Below are positions 10,404 through 20,403 of a stretch of 64,000 nt of DNA, one piece after another. The stretch covers positions 3,987 through 67,986 of the forward strand of contig NZ_JBQCDN010000198.1 of the NCBI RefSeq assembly GCF_051961175.1, read 5' to 3'. The position numbers and the translations under genes were made by a program. The notes below the pieces were generated by a model. The model ran no database searches, had not been told where the DNA came from, and saw only the letters and a program-made list of their open reading frames with translations. The DNA comes from Trinickia sp. (GTDB lineage Bacteria > Pseudomonadota > Gammaproteobacteria > Burkholderiales > Burkholderiaceae). Within the stretch, counting starts at the first letter, position 1. Every line of letters begins with the position of its first letter.

Positions 10404-10439
10404 GTGACCATTGACTGTATTGGTCACTCGTATCAGAAT
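10404..10439 (+). promoter_or_regulatory. Putative TetR operator overlapping a sigma70-like promoter of the MFP-RND genes
   Basis: Perfect 7-bp inverted repeat GTGACCA..TGGTCAC (10404-10427) covering TTGACT (10411), with CAGAAT 17 nt downstream. Confidence 0.65.
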
Positions 10440-10471
10440 GAGGTCTCCTACTCGTCGCAAGGAGCGACCTC

Positions 10472-11593
10472 ATGTTTGCGCGTCGTCATCTCTTCTACAC
10501 ACTGAGCCTAGCCTCGTTCGCGCTTGCGGCGTGCGGTGAGGGCCATGTTGCTGATCCGCGCACTGAGGCTCCGCTCGTGCGCACAACCGCGGTCCAGCCG
10601 GCTCCGGGGGCAAGCCGCTCGTTCACGGGTGTCGTAAGCGCCCGCGTACAAAGCGATCTCGGCTTCCGCGTTCAAGGAAAAGTCATCGAGCGTCTGGTCG
10701 ACATCGGGCAGACGGTCAAACGCGGTCAGCCCTTGATGCGGATCGATCCTGTCGACCTCGGCCTCCAGGCGCGTTCGCAGCAGCAGTTGGTGGACGCTGC
10801 CCAGGCGCGAGCTACGCAAGCCGCAGACGATGAAGCCCGGTACCGTGGCCTGGTGGCGGCGGGCGCCGTCTCGGTGTCGACGTACGAACAGCTCAAGGCG
10901 GCCGCCGATTCGGCCAAGGCGCAATTGGCAGCCGCGAAAGCCCAGGCGGACGTTGCGAACAATGCGTCCGGTTACGCCGTACTCCTTGCGGACGCCGACG
11001 GCGTCATCGTCGATACCCTGGCCGAGCCGGGGCAGGTCGTCACCGCGGGCCAGATCGTTGTGCGTCTCGCGCACGCGGGGCCGCGCGAGGCCGTCGTTCA
11101 ACTTCCCGAAACGCTTCGCCCGGCTTCCGGCTCCGTTGCGCAGGCGCGGCTTTATGGCACCGACGGAAAAACGGTACCCGCTACGTTGCGGCAGTTGTCG
11201 GATTCCGCCGATCGCCTGACCCGCACGTTCGAGGCGAGATACGTCCTGGGCGGAGCGCTGTCGGACGCGCCGCTCGGTGCCACCGTCACCCTCAACCTCT
11301 CGCGCGACACCGCACAGTCAGCGTCCGTCTTGGAGGTGCCGGTAGGCGCATTGTTCGATCCGGGCACGGGCACCGGTGTGTGGACGATCGCCGGATCGCC
11401 GGCGCATGCGTCGTGGCATAAGGTTCACATCACGGCACTCGGTACGGAAACCGCTGTTGTCACTGGAGACCTCCGCGAAGGCGAACAGGTCGTGGCGCTT
11501 GGCGCACAACTGCTTCACGAAGGCGAAAAAGTGCGTCTACTCGATGATCGGATCGCCGCGGCTTCGATCGGACAGCAGGGAGCGACGCGATGA
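10472..11593 (+). CDS. RND efflux periplasmic adaptor (MFP)
   Basis: Lipobox LAAC, DLGFRVQGKVIERLVDIGQTVKRGQ, coiled-coil hairpin, ADRLTRTFEARY. Confidence 0.92.
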   Translation: MFARRHLFYTLSLASFALAACGEGHVADPRTEAPLVRTTAVQPAPGASRSFTGVVSARVQSDLGFRVQGKVIERLVDIGQTVKRGQPLMRIDPVDLGLQARSQQQLVDAAQARATQAADDEARYRGLVAAGAVSVSTYEQLKAAADSAKAQLAAAKAQADVANNASGYAVLLADADGVIVDTLAEPGQVVTAGQIVVRLAHAGPREAVVQLPETLRPASGSVAQARLYGTDGKTVPATLRQLSDSADRLTRTFEARYVLGGALSDAPLGATVTLNLSRDTAQSASVLEVPVGALFDPGTGTGVWTIAGSPAHASWHKVHITALGTETAVVTGDLREGEQVVALGAQLLHEGEKVRLLDDRIAAASIGQQGATR

Positions 11594-14500
11594 GCGGATT
11601 CAATCTGTCGGCCCTCGCGGTTCGCGAGCGCTCCGTCACTCTGTTTTTGATCATCCTGATTTCGGTTGCCGGGATCGTCGCCTTCTTCAAACTTGGGCGA
11701 GCCGAAGACCCGCCGTTCACGGTCAAATCGATGACGGTCATTACGGCATGGCCGGGGGCCACCGCGCAGGAAATGCAGGATCAGGTCGCCGAGCCGCTTG
11801 AAAAACGCATGCAGGAATTGCGGTGGTACGACCGCACCGAAACGTATACGCGTCCCGGGCTCGCCTTCACGACCGTGACGCTGCGCGACAGCACCCCGCC
11901 CGGCGACGTGCCCGAGCAGTTCTATCAGGCGCGCAAAAAGCTCTCCGACGAAGCCGGAAATTTACCGGCGGGCGTGATTGGGCCGATCGTCAACGACGAA
12001 TACTCCGATGTGACGTTTGCATTGTTTGCGCTCAAGGCGAAAGGACAACCCGAACGGCTGCTCGTCCGTGATGCTGAACAGCTTCGTCAGCGATTGCTTC
12101 ACGTGGCGGGCGTCAAGAAGGTCAACATCGTCGGCGAGCAAGCGGAACGAATCTATATCTCCTTCTCGCACGATCGGCTCGCGACGCTCGGCGTTACGCC
12201 GCTGCAAATCTTCGCGGCGCTGAACGGCCAGAACGTGCTGACACCGGCAGGCTCGATCGATACATCGGGCTCGCAAGTGTTCATCCGTGTCGACGGTGCC
12301 TTCGACAAACTGCAAAAGATTCGCGATACGCCGATCGTCGTTCAGGGGCGAACGCTGAAGCTGTCGGACGTCGCTACCGTCGAGCGCGGTTACGAAGATC
12401 CGGCCACCTTCCAGATTCGCAACAAGGGCGAGCCGGCATTGCTTTTGGGGGTCGTCATGCGTGACGGCTGGAACGGATTGGACCTCGGGCAAGCGCTGGA
12501 TCAGGAGGTGGCGAAGATCAATACAGGCTTGCCGCTGGGAATGAGCCTGACGAAGGTCACGGATCAGGCCGTCAATATCCACTCGGCTATCGACGAATTC
12601 ATGATCAAGTTCTTCGTCGCGTTGCTCGTCGTCATGATCGTGAGTTTCGCGAGCATGGGCTGGCGTGTCGGGATCGTCGTATCGGCGGCGGTGCCGCTCA
12701 CGCTCGCGGCCGTGTTCGTTGTCATGGCTGCAACGGGGAAGAACTTCGATCGCATCACACTGGGCTCGCTGATCCTGGCGCTCGGGCTGCTGGTCGACGA
12801 TGCGATCATCGCGATCGAGATGATGGTCGTGAAAATGGAGGAGGGCTACAGCCGCGTTCAGGCATCGGCGTACGCGTGGAGTCACACGGCCGCACCGATG
12901 CTCTCGGGCACGCTGGTGACCGCGGTGGGCTTCATGCCGAATGGCTTTGCGCGATCGACAGCCGGCGAATACACGAGCAACATGTTTTGGATCGTCGGTA
13001 TTGCGCTGGTCACTTCGTGGGTCGTTGCTGTCGTTTTCACACCGTATCTCGGCGTGAAGCTGCTGCCCGACATTCCGAAAATCGAAGGCGGGCATGAGGC
13101 GATCTACAACACGCGCAATTACCAGCGCTTCCGCCGGTTCCTCGTGCGTGTGGTTCAGCGCAAATGGATGGTCGCGGGAATTGTGGTCGGATCGTTCGTG
13201 GTGGCTGTGGCGGGAATGAGTGTCGTGAAGAAACAATTCTTTCCGACGTCCGATCGCCCCGAAGTCATGGTGGAAGTTCAGATGCCTTATGGCACGTCGA
13301 TCGAACAAACTTCCGCGGCGACGGAGAAGGTGGAGGCGTGGCTGGCGAAGCAGCCCGAAGCGAAGATCGTCACCTCGTACATCGGGCAGGGGGCGCCGCG
13401 CTTTTATTTGGCGATGTCGCCTGAGTTGCCGGACCCGTCCTTCGCCAAGATCGTGATTCGCACGAACGACGAAGTGCAGCGGGAGGCGCTGAAACACCGC
13501 CTGCGTAAAACAATTGCTGAAGGGTTGGTGCCGGGCGCACAGGTGCGTGTCACGCAGTTGGTGTTCGGGCCTTACTCGCCGTATCCGGTTGCATTTCGCG
13601 TCGTGGGTCCGGATGCCGGTACGTTGCGGGCAATCGCCGCAGAGGTCGAAGGCGTCATGGAGGCGAGCCCGATGATGCGAACGGTGAATACTGACTGGGG
13701 GCCGCTCATGCCGACCCTTCACTTCACTTTGGATCAGGATCGACTCGCGGCGGTTGGGCTGACGTCGAACTCCGTCGCGCAGCAGTTGCAGTTTCTCCTG
13801 ACGGGCGTGCCGGTGACGAACGTCCGCGAGGATATTCGTTCCGTGGAGGTTGTCGCGAGGTCGGCGGGCGAGATTCGCCTCGATCCGAATCGAATCAACG
13901 GTTTCACTTTGATTGGCGCAGCCGGTCAGCGCATCCCGTTGTCGCAAGTTGGCAAAGTCGATATTCGGATGGAAGACCCGATCCTGCGGCGTCGCGATCG
14001 GACGCCGACGATCACCGTGCGAGGCGACATTGCTGACGGACTGCAGCCGCCCGATGTATCGACAGCGATGATGAAGCAGTTGCAGCCGATTGTCGCGAAG
14101 CTTCCGGACGGCTATCGGATCGAGGAGGCCGGATCGATCGAAGAATCGGGCAAGGCGACGAAGGCGCTGGTGCCGCTGTTTCCGATCATGATCGCGCTGA
14201 CTTTGCTGATCATCATCTTCCAGACGCGATCGATGTCCGCGACGGCGATGGTTTTCGCGACGAGTCCGCTTGGGCTGATCGGCGTGGTGCCTACGTTGTT
14301 GCTGTTCAATCAGCCGTTCGGGATCAATGCACTGGTTGGGCTCATTGCGCTTTCGGGGATATTGATGCGCAATACGCTGATCCTGATCGGGCAAATCGAG
14401 CACAACATAGGCGAGGGGATGACGCCTTTCCATGCCGTGGTGGAAGCCACCATCCAACGATCCAGGCCCGTCATCTTGACCGCGCTGGCCGCCATGCTCG

Positions 14501-14694
14501 CGTTCATTCCGCTGACGCATTCGGTGTTCTGGGGCACGCTGGCTTATACGCTGATCGGCGGGACGTTCGCCGGTACGATCTTGACTTTGGTGTTTCTGCC
14601 GGCGATGTATTCGATCTGGTTCAAGATTCGACCGGAGGTTGGGGAGAGTGGGGCTGTCGATGAGGTGAGTGCGAGCGCGGGCAGTATTGCGTAG
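11590..14694 (+). CDS. RND efflux permease (AcrB/AcrD/AcrF family)
   Basis: 1034 aa; LGRAEDPPF, WPGATA, GLLVDDAII, RSRPVILTA; ATGA coupling to MFP. Confidence 0.95.
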   Translation: MSGFNLSALAVRERSVTLFLIILISVAGIVAFFKLGRAEDPPFTVKSMTVITAWPGATAQEMQDQVAEPLEKRMQELRWYDRTETYTRPGLAFTTVTLRDSTPPGDVPEQFYQARKKLSDEAGNLPAGVIGPIVNDEYSDVTFALFALKAKGQPERLLVRDAEQLRQRLLHVAGVKKVNIVGEQAERIYISFSHDRLATLGVTPLQIFAALNGQNVLTPAGSIDTSGSQVFIRVDGAFDKLQKIRDTPIVVQGRTLKLSDVATVERGYEDPATFQIRNKGEPALLLGVVMRDGWNGLDLGQALDQEVAKINTGLPLGMSLTKVTDQAVNIHSAIDEFMIKFFVALLVVMIVSFASMGWRVGIVVSAAVPLTLAAVFVVMAATGKNFDRITLGSLILALGLLVDDAIIAIEMMVVKMEEGYSRVQASAYAWSHTAAPMLSGTLVTAVGFMPNGFARSTAGEYTSNMFWIVGIALVTSWVVAVVFTPYLGVKLLPDIPKIEGGHEAIYNTRNYQRFRRFLVRVVQRKWMVAGIVVGSFVVAVAGMSVVKKQFFPTSDRPEVMVEVQMPYGTSIEQTSAATEKVEAWLAKQPEAKIVTSYIGQGAPRFYLAMSPELPDPSFAKIVIRTNDEVQREALKHRLRKTIAEGLVPGAQVRVTQLVFGPYSPYPVAFRVVGPDAGTLRAIAAEVEGVMEASPMMRTVNTDWGPLMPTLHFTLDQDRLAAVGLTSNSVAQQLQFLLTGVPVTNVREDIRSVEVVARSAGEIRLDPNRINGFTLIGAAGQRIPLSQVGKVDIRMEDPILRRRDRTPTITVRGDIADGLQPPDVSTAMMKQLQPIVAKLPDGYRIEEAGSIEESGKATKALVPLFPIMIALTLLIIIFQTRSMSATAMVFATSPLGLIGVVPTLLLFNQPFGINALVGLIALSGILMRNTLILIGQIEHNIGEGMTPFHAVVEATIQRSRPVILTALAAMLAFIPLTHSVFWGTLAYTLIGGTFAGTILTLVFLPAMYSIWFKIRPEVGESGAVDEVSASAGSIA

Positions 14695-14774
14695 CGATTG
14701 CACGATGCGCACCGAGGCCACTATGGCCCCGGTGCGCCGTCAACTCACACTCCTTCTCTGCGCGGGGCAATCAT

Positions 14775-15521
14775 CTACTCGTTTTGCAACTCGTCGACAA
14801 ATGCCGAAAAGCCTAAGTTGGCTTTCCCATCCAGTTTGGCGGCCCGTTCACGAACGGCATCCCAGTCGAGGTCTGGGCGGCCTTTCCAAAGGACCATGAC
14901 GCCTTGGACGGGCGAGATGGGTATGAACTTTCTGCAGGGGAAGATGCTGGACACCGTCGACATAAAACGATTCGCCCAAATCGCGGTAGGTTCGAAGACG
15001 TTCACCGTCATCACGCCGCCGCTGCGCAGAATGCGATGACACGCCCGATAAAATTCCGCCGAGTGCAAAGCATCGACAGGACGATACCCCTCGCCGAATG
15101 CATCGGAGAGAATCAAGTCGCACTGTTCGTCGCCGTGATCCCGGACGAAATCGGCTGCATCGCTGACCAGCACGCGCAACCGCTCGTCATCCACAGGAAG
15201 GCCGAAATGCGCTCGCGCGAGCTCGACAACCTCCTGGTCGATCTCCAGTGCGATGGTCCTGAGTTCAGGTAGGTATCGATGAATGAATTTAGCCTGCTGG
15301 CCTCCGCCGAGCCCTATCAGAACGACATCGGCGGGGGAAGGAATGAAGGCCAACGGCAATAGCATCTTCCGCGTATAGAGTGCCGGGAGTTCGTGCGGCT
15401 GGGCGAGTTCCATCACCGTCATGGCACCACGCTCGTCATTGGCGAGGTGCAGAAACAGACGACCGTCGCTCATCTGGACGCGGTACTTTTCTGTCTTGGT
15501 GACGCACGAATGTTCAGCCAT
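14775..15521 (-). CDS. Spermidine-synthase-like SAM-dependent transferase
   Basis: VLIGLGGG, LEIDQEVVELARAHFGLP, DAADFV, DLILSDAF. Confidence 0.7.
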   Translation of the reverse strand: MAEHSCVTKTEKYRVQMSDGRLFLHLANDERGAMTVMELAQPHELPALYTRKMLLPLAFIPSPADVVLIGLGGGQQAKFIHRYLPELRTIALEIDQEVVELARAHFGLPVDDERLRVLVSDAADFVRDHGDEQCDLILSDAFGEGYRPVDALHSAEFYRACHRILRSGGVMTVNVFEPTAIWANRFMSTVSSIFPCRKFIPISPVQGVMVLWKGRPDLDWDAVRERAAKLDGKANLGFSAFVDELQNE

Positions 15522-15812
15522 TATTCACCGCTCCTGTGACTCTGCGCCTTCGCAAGGGATGTCTTGGACATCGATATCGGGCTTGCTGCCCGACGTCGAA
15601 GATGAGGCGAACAGCGTAGCCTCGCGGTGCATCCTCCGTGGGATCGGAAAACGAAAAAAGCGTGATATTCGCGAATCGCGTTTGTCGGTGCTCGGCCGTT
15701 TTTTGAGTACCGGGCGGGCCATACGTGCTCGTGCGCCCGCCGTTGCTCGTCGCTGTCTACGATGACGCGCCGGATACCTTGCAAACGAAAAGACACGAAA
15801 AAAATGAGATAG

Positions 15813-16517
15813 CTACTCCCCTCCCTGTTTCAACGCCCCACTGATCCACCGCTCTTCCGACGCCATAAGATGCGCACGTATGGCAGTTTGCGCGGCAATC
15901 GGATCGCCGGCCTGCAACGCCTTCAGTATCGCCTCATGTTCCTGCACGGCGGCCGTCCAGGTTTGTGCGCTCTCCGCATGGCCCCTCATCGCGGCTGCGA
16001 TCGGATCATGGCGACTGTCGAACAACTCCCCCAAATAGCGGCTGAGCACTGAATTGCCCGCGGCCTCCGCAATCAACATATGGAATTGCCGGTCCGCCTC
16101 GACAGGCGACTTCCCTGCGGCGGACAGCCGGCGCATCCGCTCAACGGTGCGACGTAACCGATCCAGCATGGCCGCGGTCATATGCGCCGTGGCGAGCACG
16201 ACCACACTGCCTTCAATGGCTGCGCGCGCCTGCATCAGTTCCGACGGACTATCGCCGAGCGCACCCACTGTTCCCGCGGCGTCCTCGCTCGCCTCGCACA
16301 CATAGACGCCCGATCCCATCCGGATCTCCACTTGGCCGCCAATTTCCAGCGCGATCAACGCTTCGCGCAGCGAAGGGCGCGACACGCCCAGCTTCAGTGC
16401 GAGTTCGCGTTCGGGCGGCAGACGTTCTCCGGGCGGAAATTCACCCTGACGGATCAACGCGAGGATTTGAGTGGCGACGGATTGGTAAAGCCGCTTGGGT
16501 TCTGTTGATTTCATCAT
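15813..16517 (-). CDS. GntR/FadR-family transcriptional regulator
   Basis: LPPERELALKLGVSRPSLREAL..GSGVYV; FCD domain ADRQFHMLIAEAAGN..EHEAIL. Confidence 0.92.
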   Translation of the reverse strand: MMKSTEPKRLYQSVATQILALIRQGEFPPGERLPPERELALKLGVSRPSLREALIALEIGGQVEIRMGSGVYVCEASEDAAGTVGALGDSPSELMQARAAIEGSVVVLATAHMTAAMLDRLRRTVERMRRLSAAGKSPVEADRQFHMLIAEAAGNSVLSRYLGELFDSRHDPIAAAMRGHAESAQTWTAAVQEHEAILKALQAGDPIAAQTAIRAHLMASEERWISGALKQGGE

Positions 16518-16600
16518 AGGGAGAGAGAGGGGCTCCGGCGGGCCACGCAGCCTGCGTCGAAGTCTAGCACGACGGCCTGGAACCGTTGTGCAGTAAGCGA

Positions 16601-16712
16601 TTGACGGTCGCGTTGGGGTTTCTACTATTGGTAAGATGCGTGAGAATAAATCAAGATTGGCTTGACCAAGCAGAGAAATCTCGCTTTAATCACCCTAAAT
16701 TGGACTGACCAG
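16601..16712 (+). promoter_or_regulatory. Sigma70-like promoter and two FadR-type boxes upstream of the sugar ABC operon
   Basis: TTGACG-N16-TACTAT (16601-16628); TTGGCTTGACCAA (16657-16669) and TTGGACTGACCAG (16700-16712) resemble the TTGGTnnnACCAA PdhR/UxuR-type operator. Confidence 0.5.
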
Positions 16713-16746
16713 GCAGCAAACAAGGTTGGCCGTACATGGAGACGTA

Positions 16747-18297
16747 ATGACAGCGCCCAGCAGTTCACCAAGCCTCGCCGTTGCCGATCGGGATGCACCG
16801 GGACGGGAGATTCTGCGTCTTGAAGGTGTCGTGAAGCGATTTCCTGGCGTGGTCGCCCTCGATGGCATTCGTCTGGACCTTCGGGCGGGAGAGGTGCATG
16901 CGGTCTGCGGCGAGAACGGGGCTGGCAAATCGACACTGATGAAAATCATCAGCGGCCAGTACCAGCCTGACGAAGGCACGCTCAGTTATCGCGGCACGCC
17001 GGTCAGTTTCGGTTCGACCTCAGAGGCACAGGCCGCCGGCATCGCGATCATTCATCAGGAGCTGAACCTGGTTCCGCATCTGAGCGTGGCGGAGAATCTC
17101 TACCTCGCGCGGGAGCCGAAGCGCGGGCCCTTCGTCGATACCCGCAAACTCAATGCGGACGCCGTGCGCTGTCTGCAACGAATCGGCCTGGACGTGGCGC
17201 CCACCACGCTGGTGGGCACGCTGTCTATTGCGCAGCAGCAGATGGTGGAAATCGCCAAGGCGCTTTCGTTCGATTCGAGCGTGTTGATCATGGACGAACC
17301 GACGTCGTCCTTGACCGAATCCGAAACGGTCCAGCTCTTTCGAATCATTCAAGAGCTGCGCGCGGCCGGCGTGGCGATTCTTTACATCTCGCATCGGCTC
17401 GACGAAATGGCGCAGATCGTGGATCGCGTGACCGTCCTGCGCGATGGCCGGTATATCTCGACGGACGATTTTGCAACGTTGACCGTGAATGACATCGTCG
17501 CGCGGATGGTGGGGCGGTCCCTCGATGACGCTTACCCCGCGCGGCAATCCCTACCCACGGACGCGGTGTTACTCACTGCGCGGGATCTGCGCCGCAACGG
17601 CGTATTCGGTCCCGTGTCCTTCGAGTTGCGCAAGGGCGAAATCCTCGGCTTCGCCGGTCTCATGGGGGCCGGCCGTACCGAGGTCGCCCGAGCGATTTTT
17701 GGGGCGGACCGGCTGGACGAAGGAGAAATCGAGTTGCATGGCGGCCGCGTGACGATCCGCTCGCCGCGCGAAGCGATTCGTCACGGCATTGCTTATTTGT
17801 CGGAAGACCGCAAACAAGATGGCCTCGCGCTCGGGATGTCTGTCGCCGCGAACATCACGCTTTCAAACGTAGGCGGTGTCTCCTCACGTGCGGGCTTCTT
17901 GCGATTCGATGAAGAAGCCGCGATCGCAGGGCGCTATGTGCGCGATCTGGCGATTCGCACACCGTCGGTCGAGCAGATCGTTCGCAACTTGTCGGGCGGC
18001 AATCAGCAGAAGGTCGTCATCGGCAAATGGCTGTATCGAGGATCGAAGATCTTGTTCTTCGACGAGCCCACGCGCGGGATCGACGTCGGAGCGAAGTTCG
18101 CCATCTACGGGCTGATGGATCGGCTCGCGGCGGACGGCGTCGGTGTCGTGCTGATCAGCTCCGAGCTGCCCGAGCTGCTTGGCATGACCGATCGGATCGC
18201 AGTCTTTCATGAAGGCCGGATCACGGCCGTTCTCGAAACTAAACAAACCAGTCAGGAGGAGATCATGCACTTTGCTTCGGGGCGTACCCATGCTTGA
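16747..18297 (+). CDS. Monosaccharide ABC transporter ATP-binding protein (RbsA-like, two NBDs)
   Basis: GENGAGKST, MDEPT, YISHRL, LSGGNQQKV, DEPTRGIDVGAK. Confidence 0.95.
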   Translation: MTAPSSSPSLAVADRDAPGREILRLEGVVKRFPGVVALDGIRLDLRAGEVHAVCGENGAGKSTLMKIISGQYQPDEGTLSYRGTPVSFGSTSEAQAAGIAIIHQELNLVPHLSVAENLYLAREPKRGPFVDTRKLNADAVRCLQRIGLDVAPTTLVGTLSIAQQQMVEIAKALSFDSSVLIMDEPTSSLTESETVQLFRIIQELRAAGVAILYISHRLDEMAQIVDRVTVLRDGRYISTDDFATLTVNDIVARMVGRSLDDAYPARQSLPTDAVLLTARDLRRNGVFGPVSFELRKGEILGFAGLMGAGRTEVARAIFGADRLDEGEIELHGGRVTIRSPREAIRHGIAYLSEDRKQDGLALGMSVAANITLSNVGGVSSRAGFLRFDEEAAIAGRYVRDLAIRTPSVEQIVRNLSGGNQQKVVIGKWLYRGSKILFFDEPTRGIDVGAKFAIYGLMDRLAADGVGVVLISSELPELLGMTDRIAVFHEGRITAVLETKQTSQEEIMHFASGRTHA

Positions 18298-19321
18298 AAT
18301 GACATCGGATCGTAGTCAGAGCGCCGACCGCTCGGCCCGACAGCGGCGCCGCGACCTTATTCAAAAGTTCGCAGCCTTAGGCAGCCTCGTTGCACTGGTG
18401 ATCGCATTTTCGGTCGCCAGCTCGGCGTTCTTTTCTGTCGGCAACATGATGACCGTCAGCTTGCAAGTGACGTCTATCGCTTACCTGGGCGTTGCCGCCA
18501 CCTGCGTCATCATCACCGGCGGTATCGACCTGTCGGTCGGCTCGGTGCTGGCGCTCGCGGGCGTTTCGGCCGCATTGCTCGCGAAGGCGGGCATGCCGGT
18601 GCCCGTTGCCATGCTTTGCGGCGTGCTCGTCGGTGCACTGTGCGGATACGTCAACGGCATGTGCGTGACGCGCATGGGGTTGCCGCCGTTTATCGCAACG
18701 CTCGGCATGATGCTGGTCGCTCGAGGGCTTGCCCTGCAGATTACGGGAGCACGCCCGGTCTCGGACCTCGGCAATGCGTTCGGTGTCCTGGGCAACGGCG
18801 CCTTGTTCCGGGTTTCGCATATCGGGGCCGACGGCTTTCCGGATACGACGTTTCCGGGCATTCCCTATCCCGTCGTCATCATGGTGGTGTTCTTCATCGC
18901 GGGCGCCATCCTGCTATCGAAGACTTCGCTCGGCCGGCACATCTATGCGGTCGGCTCCAACCCCGAAGCGGCGCGTCTGTCCGGTGTCAACGTTCGCGGC
19001 GTGACGATGTTCACCTATGTGCTCTCCGGCGCATTGGCCGGCGTCACCGGCTGCGTGTTGATGTCGCGTCTCGTGACCGGGCAGCCCAACGAAGGCGTCA
19101 TGTACGAGCTCGATGCGATCGCCAGTGCCGTGATCGGCGGAACGTCGTTGATGGGGGGCGTGGGCACGATCTCGGGCACGGCCATCGGCGCGTTCGTCAT
19201 TGGCGTGCTGCGCAACGGCCTGAACATGAACGGCGTATCGAGTTTCATCCAGCAGATCATCATCGGCGTCGTGATTCTCGGCACCGTCTGGATCGATCAG
19301 TTGCGTAGCAAAAAGCGGTAA
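18290..19321 (+). CDS. Monosaccharide ABC transporter permease (RbsC-like)
   Basis: IITGGIDLSVG, PPFIATLG, GSNPEAARLSG, YELDAIASAVIGGTSL. Confidence 0.93.
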   Translation: MLEMTSDRSQSADRSARQRRRDLIQKFAALGSLVALVIAFSVASSAFFSVGNMMTVSLQVTSIAYLGVAATCVIITGGIDLSVGSVLALAGVSAALLAKAGMPVPVAMLCGVLVGALCGYVNGMCVTRMGLPPFIATLGMMLVARGLALQITGARPVSDLGNAFGVLGNGALFRVSHIGADGFPDTTFPGIPYPVVIMVVFFIAGAILLSKTSLGRHIYAVGSNPEAARLSGVNVRGVTMFTYVLSGALAGVTGCVLMSRLVTGQPNEGVMYELDAIASAVIGGTSLMGGVGTISGTAIGAFVIGVLRNGLNMNGVSSFIQQIIIGVVILGTVWIDQLRSKKR

Positions 19322-19359
19322 TCAAGCGTAGTTCAACCATGAGAAAAGAGGAGCGAGAC

Positions 19360-20307
19360 ATGCGCAGGCTTTCGATTTTTGCAGTATCGGCATTGTTGTG
19401 TGCGGCATTCAGCACGGGCGCGTATGCGGAAGGCGGCGAGATCGCCGTGATCGTCAAGACGGTCAATTCGAATTACTGGCAAAACGTGCAGAAGGGCGCG
19501 AAGGCCGCCATGGGCGCCACGAAGGGATACACGATGACCTTCCAAGGCCCGGCAGCCGAATCCGATATCGCGGATGAAGTGAACATGGTCGAGAACGCGG
19601 TCAATCGCCACGTCGCGGGTATCGTGCTCGCACCGTCCGATCCCGATGCGCTCGTGCCGGCTATCAAGAAAGCGTGGGAGGCGCACATCCCCGTCGTGGT
19701 GGTTGACTCCGCGCTGTCCGACGCCGGCAAGCAGTACTACCAGTCGTTCTTGTCGACCGACAACGAGAAGGCCGGCGAACTTTGCGCGCAGGCGCTGATC
19801 GACCGCGTCGGTCAGACCGGAAAGATCGCACTCATGTCCTACGTGCCGGGCGCGGGATCGGAAATCGGACGTGTCGGCGGCTTCAAGAAGTACCTCGCGG
19901 CACATTCGAAGCTGCAGATCGTCGGCCCGTACTACTCGCAGTCTCAGATGGCGACGGCACTGAATCAGACCACCGACGTTCTTTCCGCCAATCCCGATTT
20001 GAAGGGGATTTTTGGTGCCAACGAGCCGACTGCAATTGGCGTGGGGCGAGCACTGAAACAGTCCGGGAAGGCGGGCAAAGTGGTGGCGATCGGGTTCGAC
20101 GGCAATCAGGATCTGCAAAATTTCGTGCGCGACGGGACGATCCAGGGGATCGCCGTTCAAGGCTCCTATCAGATGGGATACAAGGGGATTCAGACGGTTG
20201 TGAACATCATCGAACATAAGCCCGTTGCGAAGGACATCGATACGGGCGTCGTCATGGTCGACAAGCAAAACCTCGATTCGCCCACGGCGAAGAACGTCCT
20301 TTATTGA
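19360..20307 (+). CDS. Monosaccharide ABC transporter substrate-binding protein
   Basis: Signal peptide ending AYA; periplasmic binding protein type I motifs NSNYWQNV, TDNEKAG, IGFDG. Confidence 0.92.
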   Translation: MRRLSIFAVSALLCAAFSTGAYAEGGEIAVIVKTVNSNYWQNVQKGAKAAMGATKGYTMTFQGPAAESDIADEVNMVENAVNRHVAGIVLAPSDPDALVPAIKKAWEAHIPVVVVDSALSDAGKQYYQSFLSTDNEKAGELCAQALIDRVGQTGKIALMSYVPGAGSEIGRVGGFKKYLAAHSKLQIVGPYYSQSQMATALNQTTDVLSANPDLKGIFGANEPTAIGVGRALKQSGKAGKVVAIGFDGNQDLQNFVRDGTIQGIAVQGSYQMGYKGIQTVVNIIEHKPVAKDIDTGVVMVDKQNLDSPTAKNVLY

Positions 20308-20403
20308 CGACGCTTTTGGGCTGCGTCGACGAACGTACGCGGTCGACGCGGTCCAACTGCGGCACCCCTTCAACGATTCACCTGTTCACGAACGCTTCAC
20401 CCG

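Noticed and set aside
11962-14721. 919-aa minus-strand ORF and similar long antisense ORFs (e.g. 49327-50862, 50790-52451, 30347-31555, 40824-41972)
   Set aside because: Shadows of well-supported genes in GC-rich DNA; Arg/His-rich with no motifs.
15521-15796. Small ORFs between the spermidine-synthase-like gene and gntR
   Set aside because: No motif or convincing RBS; cannot be supported.
20323-20349. Hairpin GCGTCGAC..GTCGACGC after the sugar SBP gene as a terminator
   Set aside because: No U-tract and the operon continues; at most an ordinary mRNA stabiliser.
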